Below are positions 30,544 to 39,819 of a DNA stretch of 64,000 nucleotides, piece by piece (positions within the stretch are counted from its first letter, which is position 1; every line of letters begins with the position of its first letter). The DNA lies in assembly GCA_013138965.1 (NCBI GenBank), contig WTBT01000058.1, positions 815-64,814 on the forward strand, in the 5' to 3' direction. Below the pieces are notes generated by a model, which was not told the origin of the DNA, searched no databases, and saw only the letters and a list, made by a program, of their open reading frames with translations. This DNA is from Candidatus Aegiribacteria sp. GTDB lineage: Bacteria; Fermentibacterota; Fermentibacteria; Fermentibacterales; JCC-6. Both the position numbers and the translations under genes were made by a program.

Positions 30544-31488
30544 TTACTGCAGCAGATCAAATACAGCGGAAGCAGCTCTGGCGCCATCGGATACTGCAGT
30601 GACTATCTGTCGTAAATCATTATCCGTTACATCTCCCGCAGCAAAGATATTTTCTTTTGATGTATGCACAATATTGTGTGTTCTGACCGTACCGTTATCG
30701 TTCAGTTCGACAAGGTTCGCGAAGGGTTCTGTAGCCGGTTTGCGCCCGACATACATGAATATTCCGTCAAGCTTCAACTCCTTTTCACCCTCCGGAGTGA
30801 AAAGAATAACACCCTCAACGCTTTCGTCTCCCTTTATCTCCTTCAATGTAGTGTTCCACATAACGCTGCAGTTCTTACATGAAAGAAGTTTTTCAGCAAG
30901 GTAGGGTTCTGCACGGAATTTATCCCTCCTGTGTACCAGTACAAGCTCAGAGACGAATTCTGAGAGGTGAAGAGCTTCCTTCACAGCGCTGTCACCACCC
31001 CCGACAACAAGCACACGAGCGTTTCTGAAAAAGGGCGCGTCACAGGTTGCGCAATAGCTGACACCCCTGCCGTAGAACTTATCCTCTCCGGGAACGCCAA
31101 GCTTGGCCGGAGCAGCTCCGGTAGCGATTATCAGATTTCGAGCCATGTATGTAGAGGAATCAGCCTTTATCTGAATTCTATCCTTCAGAGGGTCCGCTGA
31201 TATTACCGAAGCCATCTCAAAAACAGCTCCCCAGCTTTCTGCCTGCTCCTTCATAATGGCAACAATGTCTCCACCGCTGATCGTCTTTATGCCGGGATAA
31301 TTCTCGATAACAGCGGTAAGAGCTGCCTGCCCCCCAGGCTGATAACTTTCAAGAACGATGTGGTCAATATCGTATCTTGCGGAATAAAGAGCTGCGGCAA
31401 GGGCAGCGGGACCGCCTCCTGCGATTACAAGATCAAGTTTACGGCTGGCAGAGGAGCCGGAACCTACGAGCCCGGTTTTCAGATCCAT
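30544..31488 (-). CDS. trxB: Thioredoxin-disulfide reductase.
   Basis: FAD-binding GGGPAALAAALY and redox-active CATC. 314 aa. Confidence 0.9.
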   Translation of the reverse strand: MDLKTGLVGSGSSASRKLDLVIAGGGPAALAAALYSARYDIDHIVLESYQPGGQAALTAVIENYPGIKTISGGDIVAIMKEQAESWGAVFEMASVISADPLKDRIQIKADSSTYMARNLIIATGAAPAKLGVPGEDKFYGRGVSYCATCDAPFFRNARVLVVGGGDSAVKEALHLSEFVSELVLVHRRDKFRAEPYLAEKLLSCKNCSVMWNTTLKEIKGDESVEGVILFTPEGEKELKLDGIFMYVGRKPATEPFANLVELNDNGTVRTHNIVHTSKENIFAAGDVTDNDLRQIVTAVSDGARAASAVFDLLQ

Positions 31489-31494
31489 ACTTAT

Positions 31495-31830
31495 CTATAC
31501 CAGTTTTGAATCAGCAAGGTTTTCCAGTTGAGTCTGCAGTGCGTTCCTGTCCCGGAAACCAACCATTCTGTCTATTTCCTGTCCGTTATGGAATATTATC
31601 ATTGTGGGTACTCCACGGATACCGAATTTCGAAGAGGCATCGGGGCTTTCATCAACATCCAGGTGATAGAATGCAACCTTATCATCAAGATCACCTGAGA
31701 CCTTTTCAAGTACGGGAGTCAGCATTTTACAGGGTCCGCACCATGCAGCGCTGAAATCAATGAGTGATATTTTGTCCTTAGATGAAGCAGCTTCTTCAAT
31801 TTCATTACTCTTAATATGCTTTACGGCCAT
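31495..31830 (-). CDS. trxA: Thioredoxin.
   Basis: WCGPCK active site. 111 aa. Confidence 0.85.
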   Translation of the reverse strand: MAVKHIKSNEIEEAASSKDKISLIDFSAAWCGPCKMLTPVLEKVSGDLDDKVAFYHLDVDESPDASSKFGIRGVPTMIIFHNGQEIDRMVGFRDRNALQTQLENLADSKLV

Positions 31831-32082
31831 GACAACTTCCTTTCAGTCCCGGTTTGAATTGTTACATTTTTCACAAGCATGTTTGATGCCAGAATCTGTG
31901 TAACCTGTAATTTAATGTATTTCAAGATATAAGCGCATAATTCACTATGAACGGTCAAATCCCGTGAAACAAAATCGGCATCCTGACGCAGCAATTCTGA
32001 CCACTCCGGTCATCCGTTATATTCTTAGCTGGTATCATATAGGATTGTCAGGTTTATCGCACGGTTTTGAAAGGCTGAAGAA

Positions 32083-33168
32083 ATGCTGAAAAGAATGGAA
32101 GCCGCGGGAAGAAGGGCGCTAACAAGGCATATTCTTTCCCGATTTCAGCAGGGACGTATACTCTCGAAGATACCTGACGGTGTTAAATTGAATCGAATAC
32201 TTCTGATGAGGTGGGACGCCATTGGTGACATGATGGTCAGCCTTCCCCTCTTCAGGAAAGTACGTGAGCTTTTTCCGGAAGCCGAAACGGGGCTCGTTGT
32301 CTCGCGGCGCAATCTTCCCCTTCTGAAATATGAAGAAGGTTTTACTGCGATTCTCTACGACAGCAGGCCCTCCATATATCTCAGAAGTTTGATCCTTACA
32401 AGGCGTTTCAGACCCGATGTGATCGTAGATACCAGGATGCACTACGATTCAACCACATCATTCATATACGGAGTGGTGTCAGGTGCGAAGCTGCGGTTGT
32501 CCGCATCCAACAGAGACAACAGGCTGCCTTTTTCTGTAAGGGTTCCCATGCCTGAAGGAAGACACCATTACGCCCATCTCACAAAGATCCTGCTTGAAGG
32601 TCTGGGAAGGGAGATCGATGATTCAGAGCTTGACAGAAAACTCAGACTCTCAGCAGATGAAACCGGATTTGCAGATGCGTTCTGGAGAGAAACCGGATCC
32701 AGCCTGCGGAATAAGGCAATAGGTGTAAATATTTCAGCAGGGAACCCATCCCGCCTCTGGGGTACTGATAACACTGCTGAGTTATGCTCCTTTATAATGA
32801 ATTCCGGTAACATCCCTCTTGTTTTCTCTACACCGGATGACAGATCTGAAGCTGCTTTAATCTCCGATGCGGTTCCGGGGGCCATACTTATTCCCGAGTG
32901 CAGGACGATCCTTCATGCAGCCGCCCTTGTTAAGGGTCTGAAAGCTATGATTACGCCGGACACAGCTCTTGTTCATATTGCCGCATCCTATGATTTACCT
33001 GTGCTGGGACTGTTTCCACAGAGAGAAGGGCATATGCCTCTGTGGTATCCGTGGGGAGTTAGGCACGAACTTATTCGAACGCATACCGGAAGGGTTGAGG
33101 ACATCAGCGTACAAGATGTGATTAACGGATATCTGAAACTTCTTGAAGGGATGTTTTCTGATTTCTGA
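32083..33168 (+). CDS. Family 9 glycosyltransferase (LPS heptosyltransferase family).
   Basis: ILLMRWDAIGDMMVSLPLFRKVRELFPEAE, the GT9 N-terminal signature. Confidence 0.75.
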   Translation: MLKRMEAAGRRALTRHILSRFQQGRILSKIPDGVKLNRILLMRWDAIGDMMVSLPLFRKVRELFPEAETGLVVSRRNLPLLKYEEGFTAILYDSRPSIYLRSLILTRRFRPDVIVDTRMHYDSTTSFIYGVVSGAKLRLSASNRDNRLPFSVRVPMPEGRHHYAHLTKILLEGLGREIDDSELDRKLRLSADETGFADAFWRETGSSLRNKAIGVNISAGNPSRLWGTDNTAELCSFIMNSGNIPLVFSTPDDRSEAALISDAVPGAILIPECRTILHAAALVKGLKAMITPDTALVHIAASYDLPVLGLFPQREGHMPLWYPWGVRHELIRTHTGRVEDISVQDVINGYLKLLEGMFSDF

Positions 33169-33169
33169 A

Positions 33170-34270
33170 ATGGCTGGAGTTCTGAAGAAGCTGGAGATAC
33201 TCGGTAGAAGAACGCTTCATCGAGCCCTGGTTCCGGGGTGGTCTTCTGGAGAAGTACCGGAATCGGTGCCTGATGATAGGCTTCAGCGAATACTGATATT
33301 GAGGCAGGACAGAATAGGGGACATGATAATGACCCTGCCTCTTATTCGCAGAATCAGAGAGCTCTACCCCGGTATCAGAACAGGAATCGTAGCGTCGGAA
33401 TACAACAGGATCATTCTCAAGTACGAAACGGAACTGGATGTTATCACATACAGAAAGAATCCCGGGGGCTTCATATCATCCCTTGTAGAAGCCCGGAACT
33501 TCAACCCTGACGCAGCGGTTGACATGCATATGCACGATTCCACTACTTCATTCATATATGCGCTGTCTTCAGGCGCAAGGTGGAAGCTTCATATCGACCG
33601 TGAAAACAGTCTGCCCTTCAATATAAGGGTGAAAGCTCCGCAGGATGGGCATATTATGGATGCATTCGCCGGGTTGCTGTCCGGGCTTGGCAGGAAAGTT
33701 GAAACGGTTGGATTGAACAGGGAAATAACTCTTTCGAAGGAGGAGACCGGTTTCGCAGAAGACTTCTGGAACCGCTCAGGCATTCTGCCCGGAGACTGTG
33801 TGGCGGTTAACATATCCGCAGGGGGGGAGAACCGCAGATGGGGGACAGGCAGATACGCTCGAGTATGCAGCTGTATACTGGATCTGGGGCTGAAGCCACT
33901 GATACTCCACTTGCCTTCGGATTTTGAAGCGGCCTGCGCGGTACACCTCAGCGAGCCGGGCGCGCTGGTTTCACCTGTGACACCCAGCATTCTCCACCTG
34001 GCGGCCCTCATCCGGGGTGTGACCATGCTGGTTAGCCCTGATACGTCGGTAATCCATCTGGCTGCATCATGTGGAATCCCTGTAGTGGGAATGTACCTGC
34101 CATTTGATCCGTCACTTCCCAGATGGTATCCATGGGATGTGAAGAGTGAGGTGCTGATGGCATCCGACCATATCTCTCTTGATTCCATAACCCCGGAGAT
34201 GGTATCGGAAGCTGTCAGAACACTTGTTTCAGATACGGTGTACGGCGTTCAGCAAGACCCGGATCAGTAG
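33170..34270 (+). CDS. Family 9 glycosyltransferase (LPS heptosyltransferase family), tandem paralog.
   Basis: ILILRQDRIGDMIMTLPLIRRIRELYPGIRTGIVAS. Same architecture as the upstream gene. Confidence 0.75.
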   Translation: MAGVLKKLEILGRRTLHRALVPGWSSGEVPESVPDDRLQRILILRQDRIGDMIMTLPLIRRIRELYPGIRTGIVASEYNRIILKYETELDVITYRKNPGGFISSLVEARNFNPDAAVDMHMHDSTTSFIYALSSGARWKLHIDRENSLPFNIRVKAPQDGHIMDAFAGLLSGLGRKVETVGLNREITLSKEETGFAEDFWNRSGILPGDCVAVNISAGGENRRWGTGRYARVCSCILDLGLKPLILHLPSDFEAACAVHLSEPGALVSPVTPSILHLAALIRGVTMLVSPDTSVIHLAASCGIPVVGMYLPFDPSLPRWYPWDVKSEVLMASDHISLDSITPEMVSEAVRTLVSDTVYGVQQDPDQ

Positions 34271-35697
34271 GCTCCTCTGCGCAGAAAGATCGCCGGTACG
34301 GTCATTACCAGTATGGAAAGATCCATCCATATCGACCAGTTATCCACGTAATAGAGATCCAGTTTAACCATTTCGCTGTAGTTGAGGTCATTTCTGCCTG
34401 ATACCTGGCTTACCCCGGTCATTCCGGGGAGAACCTCAAGTTTCTTGAAGTGTTTGATAGAGTATCTCTTAACCTCTTCGGGAACATGAGGACGCGGGCC
34501 TACAAGGCTCATGCTGCCTGCCAGAACGTTTAAAAGCTGGGGAAGTTCATCCATACTGAACTTCCGGATGAAACGGCCAACTCTGGTGATGCGGGGGTCC
34601 ATTTTGAGTTTCGACAGGAGTTCATGCCTCTCTTCGGGCAGGAGATCTTTCTTTTCACTGTGAGCCCCCACCTTCATGGACCTGAATTTTATCAATCTGA
34701 ACTCCCTGTGTTCCCTGCCGAGTCTTGTCTGAACGTAAAAAACCGGGAATCCCGAATCGATCACTATGGCTATGGCTATGATAAAACCCAGGGGTATCAG
34801 GATGATCGTGGCGGGAACTGCAAACAAAAGGTCGAATACCCTCTTCAGTATTATGCTGCTTCCACTCAGGGGAGGAGGGACGGATTCTATCATCGTTATT
34901 CCGCCCATGTGGATCACCCTTGTAGTACGTGTAACAAGATCTGAGATATCTGCAATAAGTTTGTAGGAGATGTTTTTCTGCTCGCAGTTGTATAGCAGGC
35001 TGGCGGTATCCTCCCTGGAAAGTTCAGGCTCAGTTATTATCAGTTCATCTACACCGTTATCATGCATCCAGCTGAACATGAGTAAATCCGTTTCGAAACT
35101 GAGGACATCTCCGGAATTTTTATCCATAGTGCTGCCGCATGTTATGAAACCAGCAGTCACGTAAGGGATTGAGACCTTCTTCTGCATGTAGTTCTCAAGC
35201 ACCCTGGCATAACTGCCGCATCCGTAAAAGGCGACTTTTATTCCTCTGCCGGACTTCAGGGAGAACCATCTGAAGAATTTGTGGAACAGACCATGCCATG
35301 TATAAATCGCAATGGATGTGGTTGGGAAAGCGAATATCAGAACGAATCTCGAGAACATCAGCTGCCTGGACGCGAAGGTAAAGGCAAAGGTTATGATAAC
35401 AGCTATAAAGGATACGCGAAGAATCCAGGACAGTTCTTCCACCGATGCGATACCGAACTCCTGTCTGTAAACCCTGAAAGTCCTGAACATCATAAGTTCC
35501 ATACATGCCATCACGGAACCTGATACGATGTAATTCCATAATCCGAGCCTGAAGACGCTGGGGATTCCAAACATGTTTTCCAGAAGTTCCGAAAGGGCGA
35601 AATGACGGAGCCAGTAGCCGAGGATAAATACGCCCACAATGAGGATGAAATCCCCGAGGGGCAGGAGAAACGAAGCTGTGATTCTGCTCTTTTTCAA
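34264..35697 (-). CDS. Exopolysaccharide / undecaprenyl-phosphate sugar phosphotransferase (bacterial sugar transferase family), second copy in the window.
   Basis: [18 protein letters not shown]...[21 protein letters not shown] plus a multi-TM N-terminus. Confidence 0.75.
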   Translation of the reverse strand: MKKSRITASFLLPLGDFILIVGVFILGYWLRHFALSELLENMFGIPSVFRLGLWNYIVSGSVMACMELMMFRTFRVYRQEFGIASVEELSWILRVSFIAVIITFAFTFASRQLMFSRFVLIFAFPTTSIAIYTWHGLFHKFFRWFSLKSGRGIKVAFYGCGSYARVLENYMQKKVSIPYVTAGFITCGSTMDKNSGDVLSFETDLLMFSWMHDNGVDELIITEPELSREDTASLLYNCEQKNISYKLIADISDLVTRTTRVIHMGGITMIESVPPPLSGSSIILKRVFDLLFAVPATIILIPLGFIIAIAIVIDSGFPVFYVQTRLGREHREFRLIKFRSMKVGAHSEKKDLLPEERHELLSKLKMDPRITRVGRFIRKFSMDELPQLLNVLAGSMSLVGPRPHVPEEVKRYSIKHFKKLEVLPGMTGVSQVSGRNDLNYSEMVKLDLYYVDNWSIWMDLSILVMTVPAIFLRRGAY

Positions 35698-35700
35698 CTG

Positions 35701-36510
35701 TCAGTCCTTCGTGCGGGTAGTACCGCATTTACCTATCATGGCACAGGGATATTCACTGAAAAATCTAACCATACTTTTCAAATGGAACCAGAGAGCCGTT
35801 GCGGAACCCCCTGCGCTTTCTCTCCTGCCGTCATGCCTGATAACTGCTCCGGGTACGAACCAGACCTCCATTCCTGCATCTGAGGCGCGCATGCACCATT
35901 GAACATCCTCAAAATACAGGAAGTATTTTTCTGACATCAGTCCGACTCTTTCCCTTCCGGCGGGAGTAAGCCACATCGCAGCTCCTACAACCCAGTCCAC
36001 TACGGACGGTTTGTGCGTATCAGCTGGATTGAGATGCTTTCGAATGTGCTTCTTCGCTCCGGGCAGCTTTCCGAGTGGTGTTCTTCGAAGCATGATATCA
36101 AATAGTGTGGGATAAGTACGTGCAGTGGAGTGGACAATACCGCTGGAATCAAGCATCATGGGACCAAGAAGGGCTGCGTTCGGATGGTTCAACTGGAAAT
36201 TCATCAGAGTGTGAAGCGCCCCGGGCAGGATCACGGTATCCGGGTTCAGAAACAGTATGCTGCCTCCCGAAGCCTTACCGGCTCCCATATTGTTTGCCCT
36301 GGCAAGCCCCAGGTTTTTTGGAGAACAAAGCAGGGTCACCTGACTGTAGCCTTCAGCGATTTCCACAGAATTGTCAGATGATGCGTTATCAACTACAATT
36401 ACTTCACATGGAGATTCACTAATAGCCAACTTTAAGAGGGATTCAATTGTATCTCCGAGAGTCGAGGCACTGTTGAATGATGTAATAACTACTGAAAGAT
36501 CAAGTGGCAT
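35701..36510 (-). CDS. Family 2 glycosyltransferase.
   Basis: LSVVITSFNSASTLGDTIESLL...EVIVVDNASSDNS, a GT2 signature. Confidence 0.7.
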   Translation of the reverse strand: MPLDLSVVITSFNSASTLGDTIESLLKLAISESPCEVIVVDNASSDNSVEIAEGYSQVTLLCSPKNLGLARANNMGAGKASGGSILFLNPDTVILPGALHTLMNFQLNHPNAALLGPMMLDSSGIVHSTARTYPTLFDIMLRRTPLGKLPGAKKHIRKHLNPADTHKPSVVDWVVGAAMWLTPAGRERVGLMSEKYFLYFEDVQWCMRASDAGMEVWFVPGAVIRHDGRRESAGGSATALWFHLKSMVRFFSEYPCAMIGKCGTTRTKD

Positions 36511-36531
36511 AATACTTTATCTATAAGAAAC

Positions 36532-36556
36532 GGGAGGCGGGGTAGCCCCGCCTCCC
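36532..36556 (-). terminator. Rho-independent terminator hairpin (GGGAGGCGGGG-TAG-CCCCGCCTCCC) downstream of the HU gene.
   Basis: Perfect 11 bp GC stem read directly, 16 nt past the HU stop, followed by a U-rich tract on the minus strand. Confidence 0.6.
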
Positions 36557-36571
36557 TGAAATGACGATTTC

Positions 36572-36844
36572 CTAAAGAACAGCGTCTTTAAGACCTTTTC
36601 CGGCCTTGAATCTAGGCACATTCTTTGCGGGATAGGTTATCTTATCTTTGCTTCCTGGTTTTACACCAGTTCTGGCCTTGCGGTGTTTTACGGAGAATGT
36701 TCCGAAACCTACAAGACTGACTTTGTCGCCTTTGCTGAGGGTGTTCTTTATTCCATCGAGAATCGCATCTACTGCGATACCCGCCTGTTTCTTGGTGATT
36801 GCAGCATTATCGGCAACGTGCGCTATCAGATCTTTTTTAGTCAC
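36572..36844 (-). CDS. hup: HU/IHF-family DNA-binding protein.
   Basis: TKKDLIAHVA...GFGTFSVKHRKARTGVKPGS...VPRFKAGKGLK. GTG start with a GGGAGGGGG RBS, preferred over the upstream ATG. Confidence 0.8.
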   Translation of the reverse strand: MTKKDLIAHVADNAAITKKQAGIAVDAILDGIKNTLSKGDKVSLVGFGTFSVKHRKARTGVKPGSKDKITYPAKNVPRFKAGKGLKDAVL

Positions 36845-37029
36845 TTGTTCACCCCCTCCCATCAACTATAGCGTAAAGCTATAAGGTGGAAAACTTAATG
36901 TCAACCCCCGAAATATATTATAATTGTGTGGTATATGAAGCTATACCGATGATTGTGGGTCAACAGGGAGGAGGATATAGATTTATAATACACATATATA
37001 AATATATTAATTAATGAAAATAGTATAAA

Positions 37030-39222
37030 TCAAAAGTTACTTACATGCTGTTCAATTTTTATATCCGGAATATCTATGATGTTGATCTTGAAATAGAATC
37101 CGCTGTCTACATCGGAAATATGTCTGACGAATACAGCCTCCCAGCAGTGAAGGTCGCGTCGAAGGGTATAACTCTGGTTGATGAAATTCTCGCTCAATGC
37201 ATCGTAGTAAGCGCTGTATTCCAGCGACCAGCCCGGTGTCAGATCAAGCGAAGCGGAGAAACGGAACTTGCTTATACTCTCGGTATCTTCAAAGCCGTGC
37301 CTGTAGTAATGGGAGATGATCATTCTGAGAGGCATGCCCGTTCTTGTAGTACCTGAATCGGGAAGAAGGGTTCGATCGTATCCGGAAAGACGCAGTGATG
37401 AGGATACGGATAGATTGGTAAGTTTATTCTCGTAAAGGTCCCAGCTTCCGTTACCTGTAATACTGAAGCGTGAAGTGGGTGAAATATCAAGGGTTGCCGA
37501 AAGAGGAGAAAAAGGTGTTACACTCTCCTCCAGGTTCACGGATGTGGACAGACTAAGTGAGGCTATATCGAAACGGGTAATTCTGTCCCTCTCCGACATC
37601 TTTCCCTCCAGTCTATTCCTGAGGCTGAACGAGATGGTTCGTCTGGACGATGGAAGGCCGAAATCCGAGAAGGTGTAGTATTCATATCCCGCAGAATCGG
37701 AGTTCATCAAACCATTTCTGTTCAGATACAGCTCAGGCGCCCATTGGAGGGATAGGCTTGGAGTTATCGTGTGTCTGAGCGCATCCAGGCCGAAGAGTCG
37801 TGTGCCGAAGATACCGTAGATATCAGTTGAAATCGACAGATTCACCGATCCATGAAGCCACCATGGGAAATTATCATCGTTCCTGTCACGGTCATATATG
37901 GTTCCCTTTGTATGTATTGAAGGTGCTATTGAAAGCCAGCCCCATAATCTGCTGGATCCGGTAAGTCCCGAAGTTAGTTTAAGAGCTGAGTTTGTGGCCC
38001 TCGATTCCTCCATTCTCCTGTCCCTTGAGAGGTAGTGCGCGCTTGCATTCCAGTAGATGGAATGCCATGGACGGACAAGCGAGGGGTCTGAAGGTGTTCT
38101 GAAAAGGGGAGCTGAAGGGAGAGAAAGCCTGATGTCAGGGAGTTCCTGGTCAGATTCAACCTCTCCCGGAATTGTGTCAGGATCAGTATTCAGGTAACTT
38201 GTCCGATCCAATACAGCCTGGAAACTCATTCTGCCGAAATATCTGTTCACACTAACCCAGGAATGCAGCTCTCCCGTCATACGATCCTCAGGGTTCTGCT
38301 GGGTTTCTTCAAGGTAGGATTTATCACTGAGAAACTCACCCTGTACTCTTACCGTAGTCCCGTCCGGAAAATCATGCAGATGGTTTCCGAATAGCATCCA
38401 TCTGTCACGGTGGGTTAGAAATTCTCTTCTCCATTCTGTTCGGAGGTTTCCATAGCATAAGTATCTTACCCGGTGTCTCTCCTCGGCTGCGAGTACGAAC
38501 CTGGTCTTTTCCATTATATCTCCGTGTACCCACAGATCAGCGTAATCCGAGAAAACAAAGTAGTAGCCGAATTCCCTCAGATACCTGCCGTCCCTGCTGG
38601 TCTGCCCGAATTTGGGCATTGTGAATCCGGGCTGTCGCCCCCTTCTTATCGGGAAAACCCAGTATGGAAAATAGAGAACAGGCGTGTTTTCAACGTACAG
38701 GTACACCGGTCTGGCAACAGCCTTGTCATCAGGGAATACTTTCATTACGGGACAATAGAAATAGAAATGCATACTGTCTTCATCGCATGTTGTGAATCTG
38801 GCATCAACTATGTTGAATTCGTTAGGGCCTATCCGCGTTATCGTCGCGCCGCTGTAGAATCCAAATTCGTACTGCGAAGCCGCGTTAATTATGCGTCCTT
38901 TTCGAGTCGGAATACTGTATATCATCCCGTTACCGAATATCGCTTCTCCGCGATCCAGTAGTTCGGATTCACCTCCGGCAGTGATGATCTCATCCTCTGC
39001 GGAGTATTCTACGGTATCCGATTTTAACGTCATGTCCCGGTAATCAAGGCTTGCAGATCCTATCAGTATCAGGTCACCGGTGTCCGGGTAGAAAACCATT
39101 GAATCAGCAGAATACGCGATCGTTTCAAGTCTCTCCGCGGTAAGCGTAGAATCCCTTGAAGTGCTGTCTGGTTCTGGAGTATCGGTTGCAAAAAGTGTCA
39201 TTAAGATCAGAAAAAATGTCAT
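37030..39222 (-). CDS. lptD: LPS-assembly outer-membrane protein LptD-like (OstA N-terminal domain plus a large beta-barrel).
   Basis: N-terminal ...DSMVFYPDTGDLILIGSASLDYRDMTLKSDTVEYSAEDEIITAGGESELL resembles the OstA/LptD N-terminal domain. A 730 aa aromatic-rich barrel. LPS-gene neighbourhood. Confidence 0.5.
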   Translation of the reverse strand: MTFFLILMTLFATDTPEPDSTSRDSTLTAERLETIAYSADSMVFYPDTGDLILIGSASLDYRDMTLKSDTVEYSAEDEIITAGGESELLDRGEAIFGNGMIYSIPTRKGRIINAASQYEFGFYSGATITRIGPNEFNIVDARFTTCDEDSMHFYFYCPVMKVFPDDKAVARPVYLYVENTPVLYFPYWVFPIRRGRQPGFTMPKFGQTSRDGRYLREFGYYFVFSDYADLWVHGDIMEKTRFVLAAEERHRVRYLCYGNLRTEWRREFLTHRDRWMLFGNHLHDFPDGTTVRVQGEFLSDKSYLEETQQNPEDRMTGELHSWVSVNRYFGRMSFQAVLDRTSYLNTDPDTIPGEVESDQELPDIRLSLPSAPLFRTPSDPSLVRPWHSIYWNASAHYLSRDRRMEESRATNSALKLTSGLTGSSRLWGWLSIAPSIHTKGTIYDRDRNDDNFPWWLHGSVNLSISTDIYGIFGTRLFGLDALRHTITPSLSLQWAPELYLNRNGLMNSDSAGYEYYTFSDFGLPSSRRTISFSLRNRLEGKMSERDRITRFDIASLSLSTSVNLEESVTPFSPLSATLDISPTSRFSITGNGSWDLYENKLTNLSVSSSLRLSGYDRTLLPDSGTTRTGMPLRMIISHYYRHGFEDTESISKFRFSASLDLTPGWSLEYSAYYDALSENFINQSYTLRRDLHCWEAVFVRHISDVDSGFYFKINIIDIPDIKIEQHVSNF

Positions 39223-39232
39223 CCGGTCCTAT

Positions 39233-39308
39233 GTCTTCCCATAATAGCGGCTCCCTCTGCCCCCGCGTCGGAACTTGACGGCAGAACATTCACGTTCCAG
39301 ACGAGTGT
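39233..39308. repeat. Direct repeat copy 1 (~66 bp core). A displaced duplicate of the ROK glucokinase 3' end. On the minus strand it still encodes WNVNVLPSSSDAGAEGAAIMGR, then a stop after 4 more codons.
   Basis: Aligned by eye to 44083-44154. 62/66 identical, with all 4 mismatches at synonymous third-codon positions of the glk reading frame. Confidence 0.8.
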
Positions 39309-39819
39309 ACTAAAAATAAACTGGATTTTCAGCCTCAAATAATCTTTAGCGTTTATCCGGTTCCCTATATCTTAACAGTTCCTATCCAGTTTTGGTAATA
39401 TGAGGGGAGTGCTATCGGCGTCAACGCCGGTGTTCCATTGAAAAGGTGTATATGTTTCATCCGGATTTAATGGCGGCTGGACAGAGAGGGGGTCCAGAAA
39501 TTCCTCCACCGGGTTTCGACCATTTTCGGTTCGGAACAAAAGAAGAACTCTACTTCAGTTTAGATGAATAAATTGAAAATTAGGATTGTAGCGGTCAGAT
39601 GAACAGTGTCAGAAGTTGATTCCGGTACGTTGGGAAATCAAGTATCCTACTGATCATGGTAGCGCATGACATTGACGGGGCAGGAATATTGATCGTATAA
39701 TCATTGTAGTTAACAAATTCGGTCGGATAGGAAAAGTCAGATTGTTCTTCAGAGTATTGCAGAATGGAAGAATATATAGTTCCCCGCATTGGTGTTCTGC
39801 AGGTTAACCCGAAAGGTAG

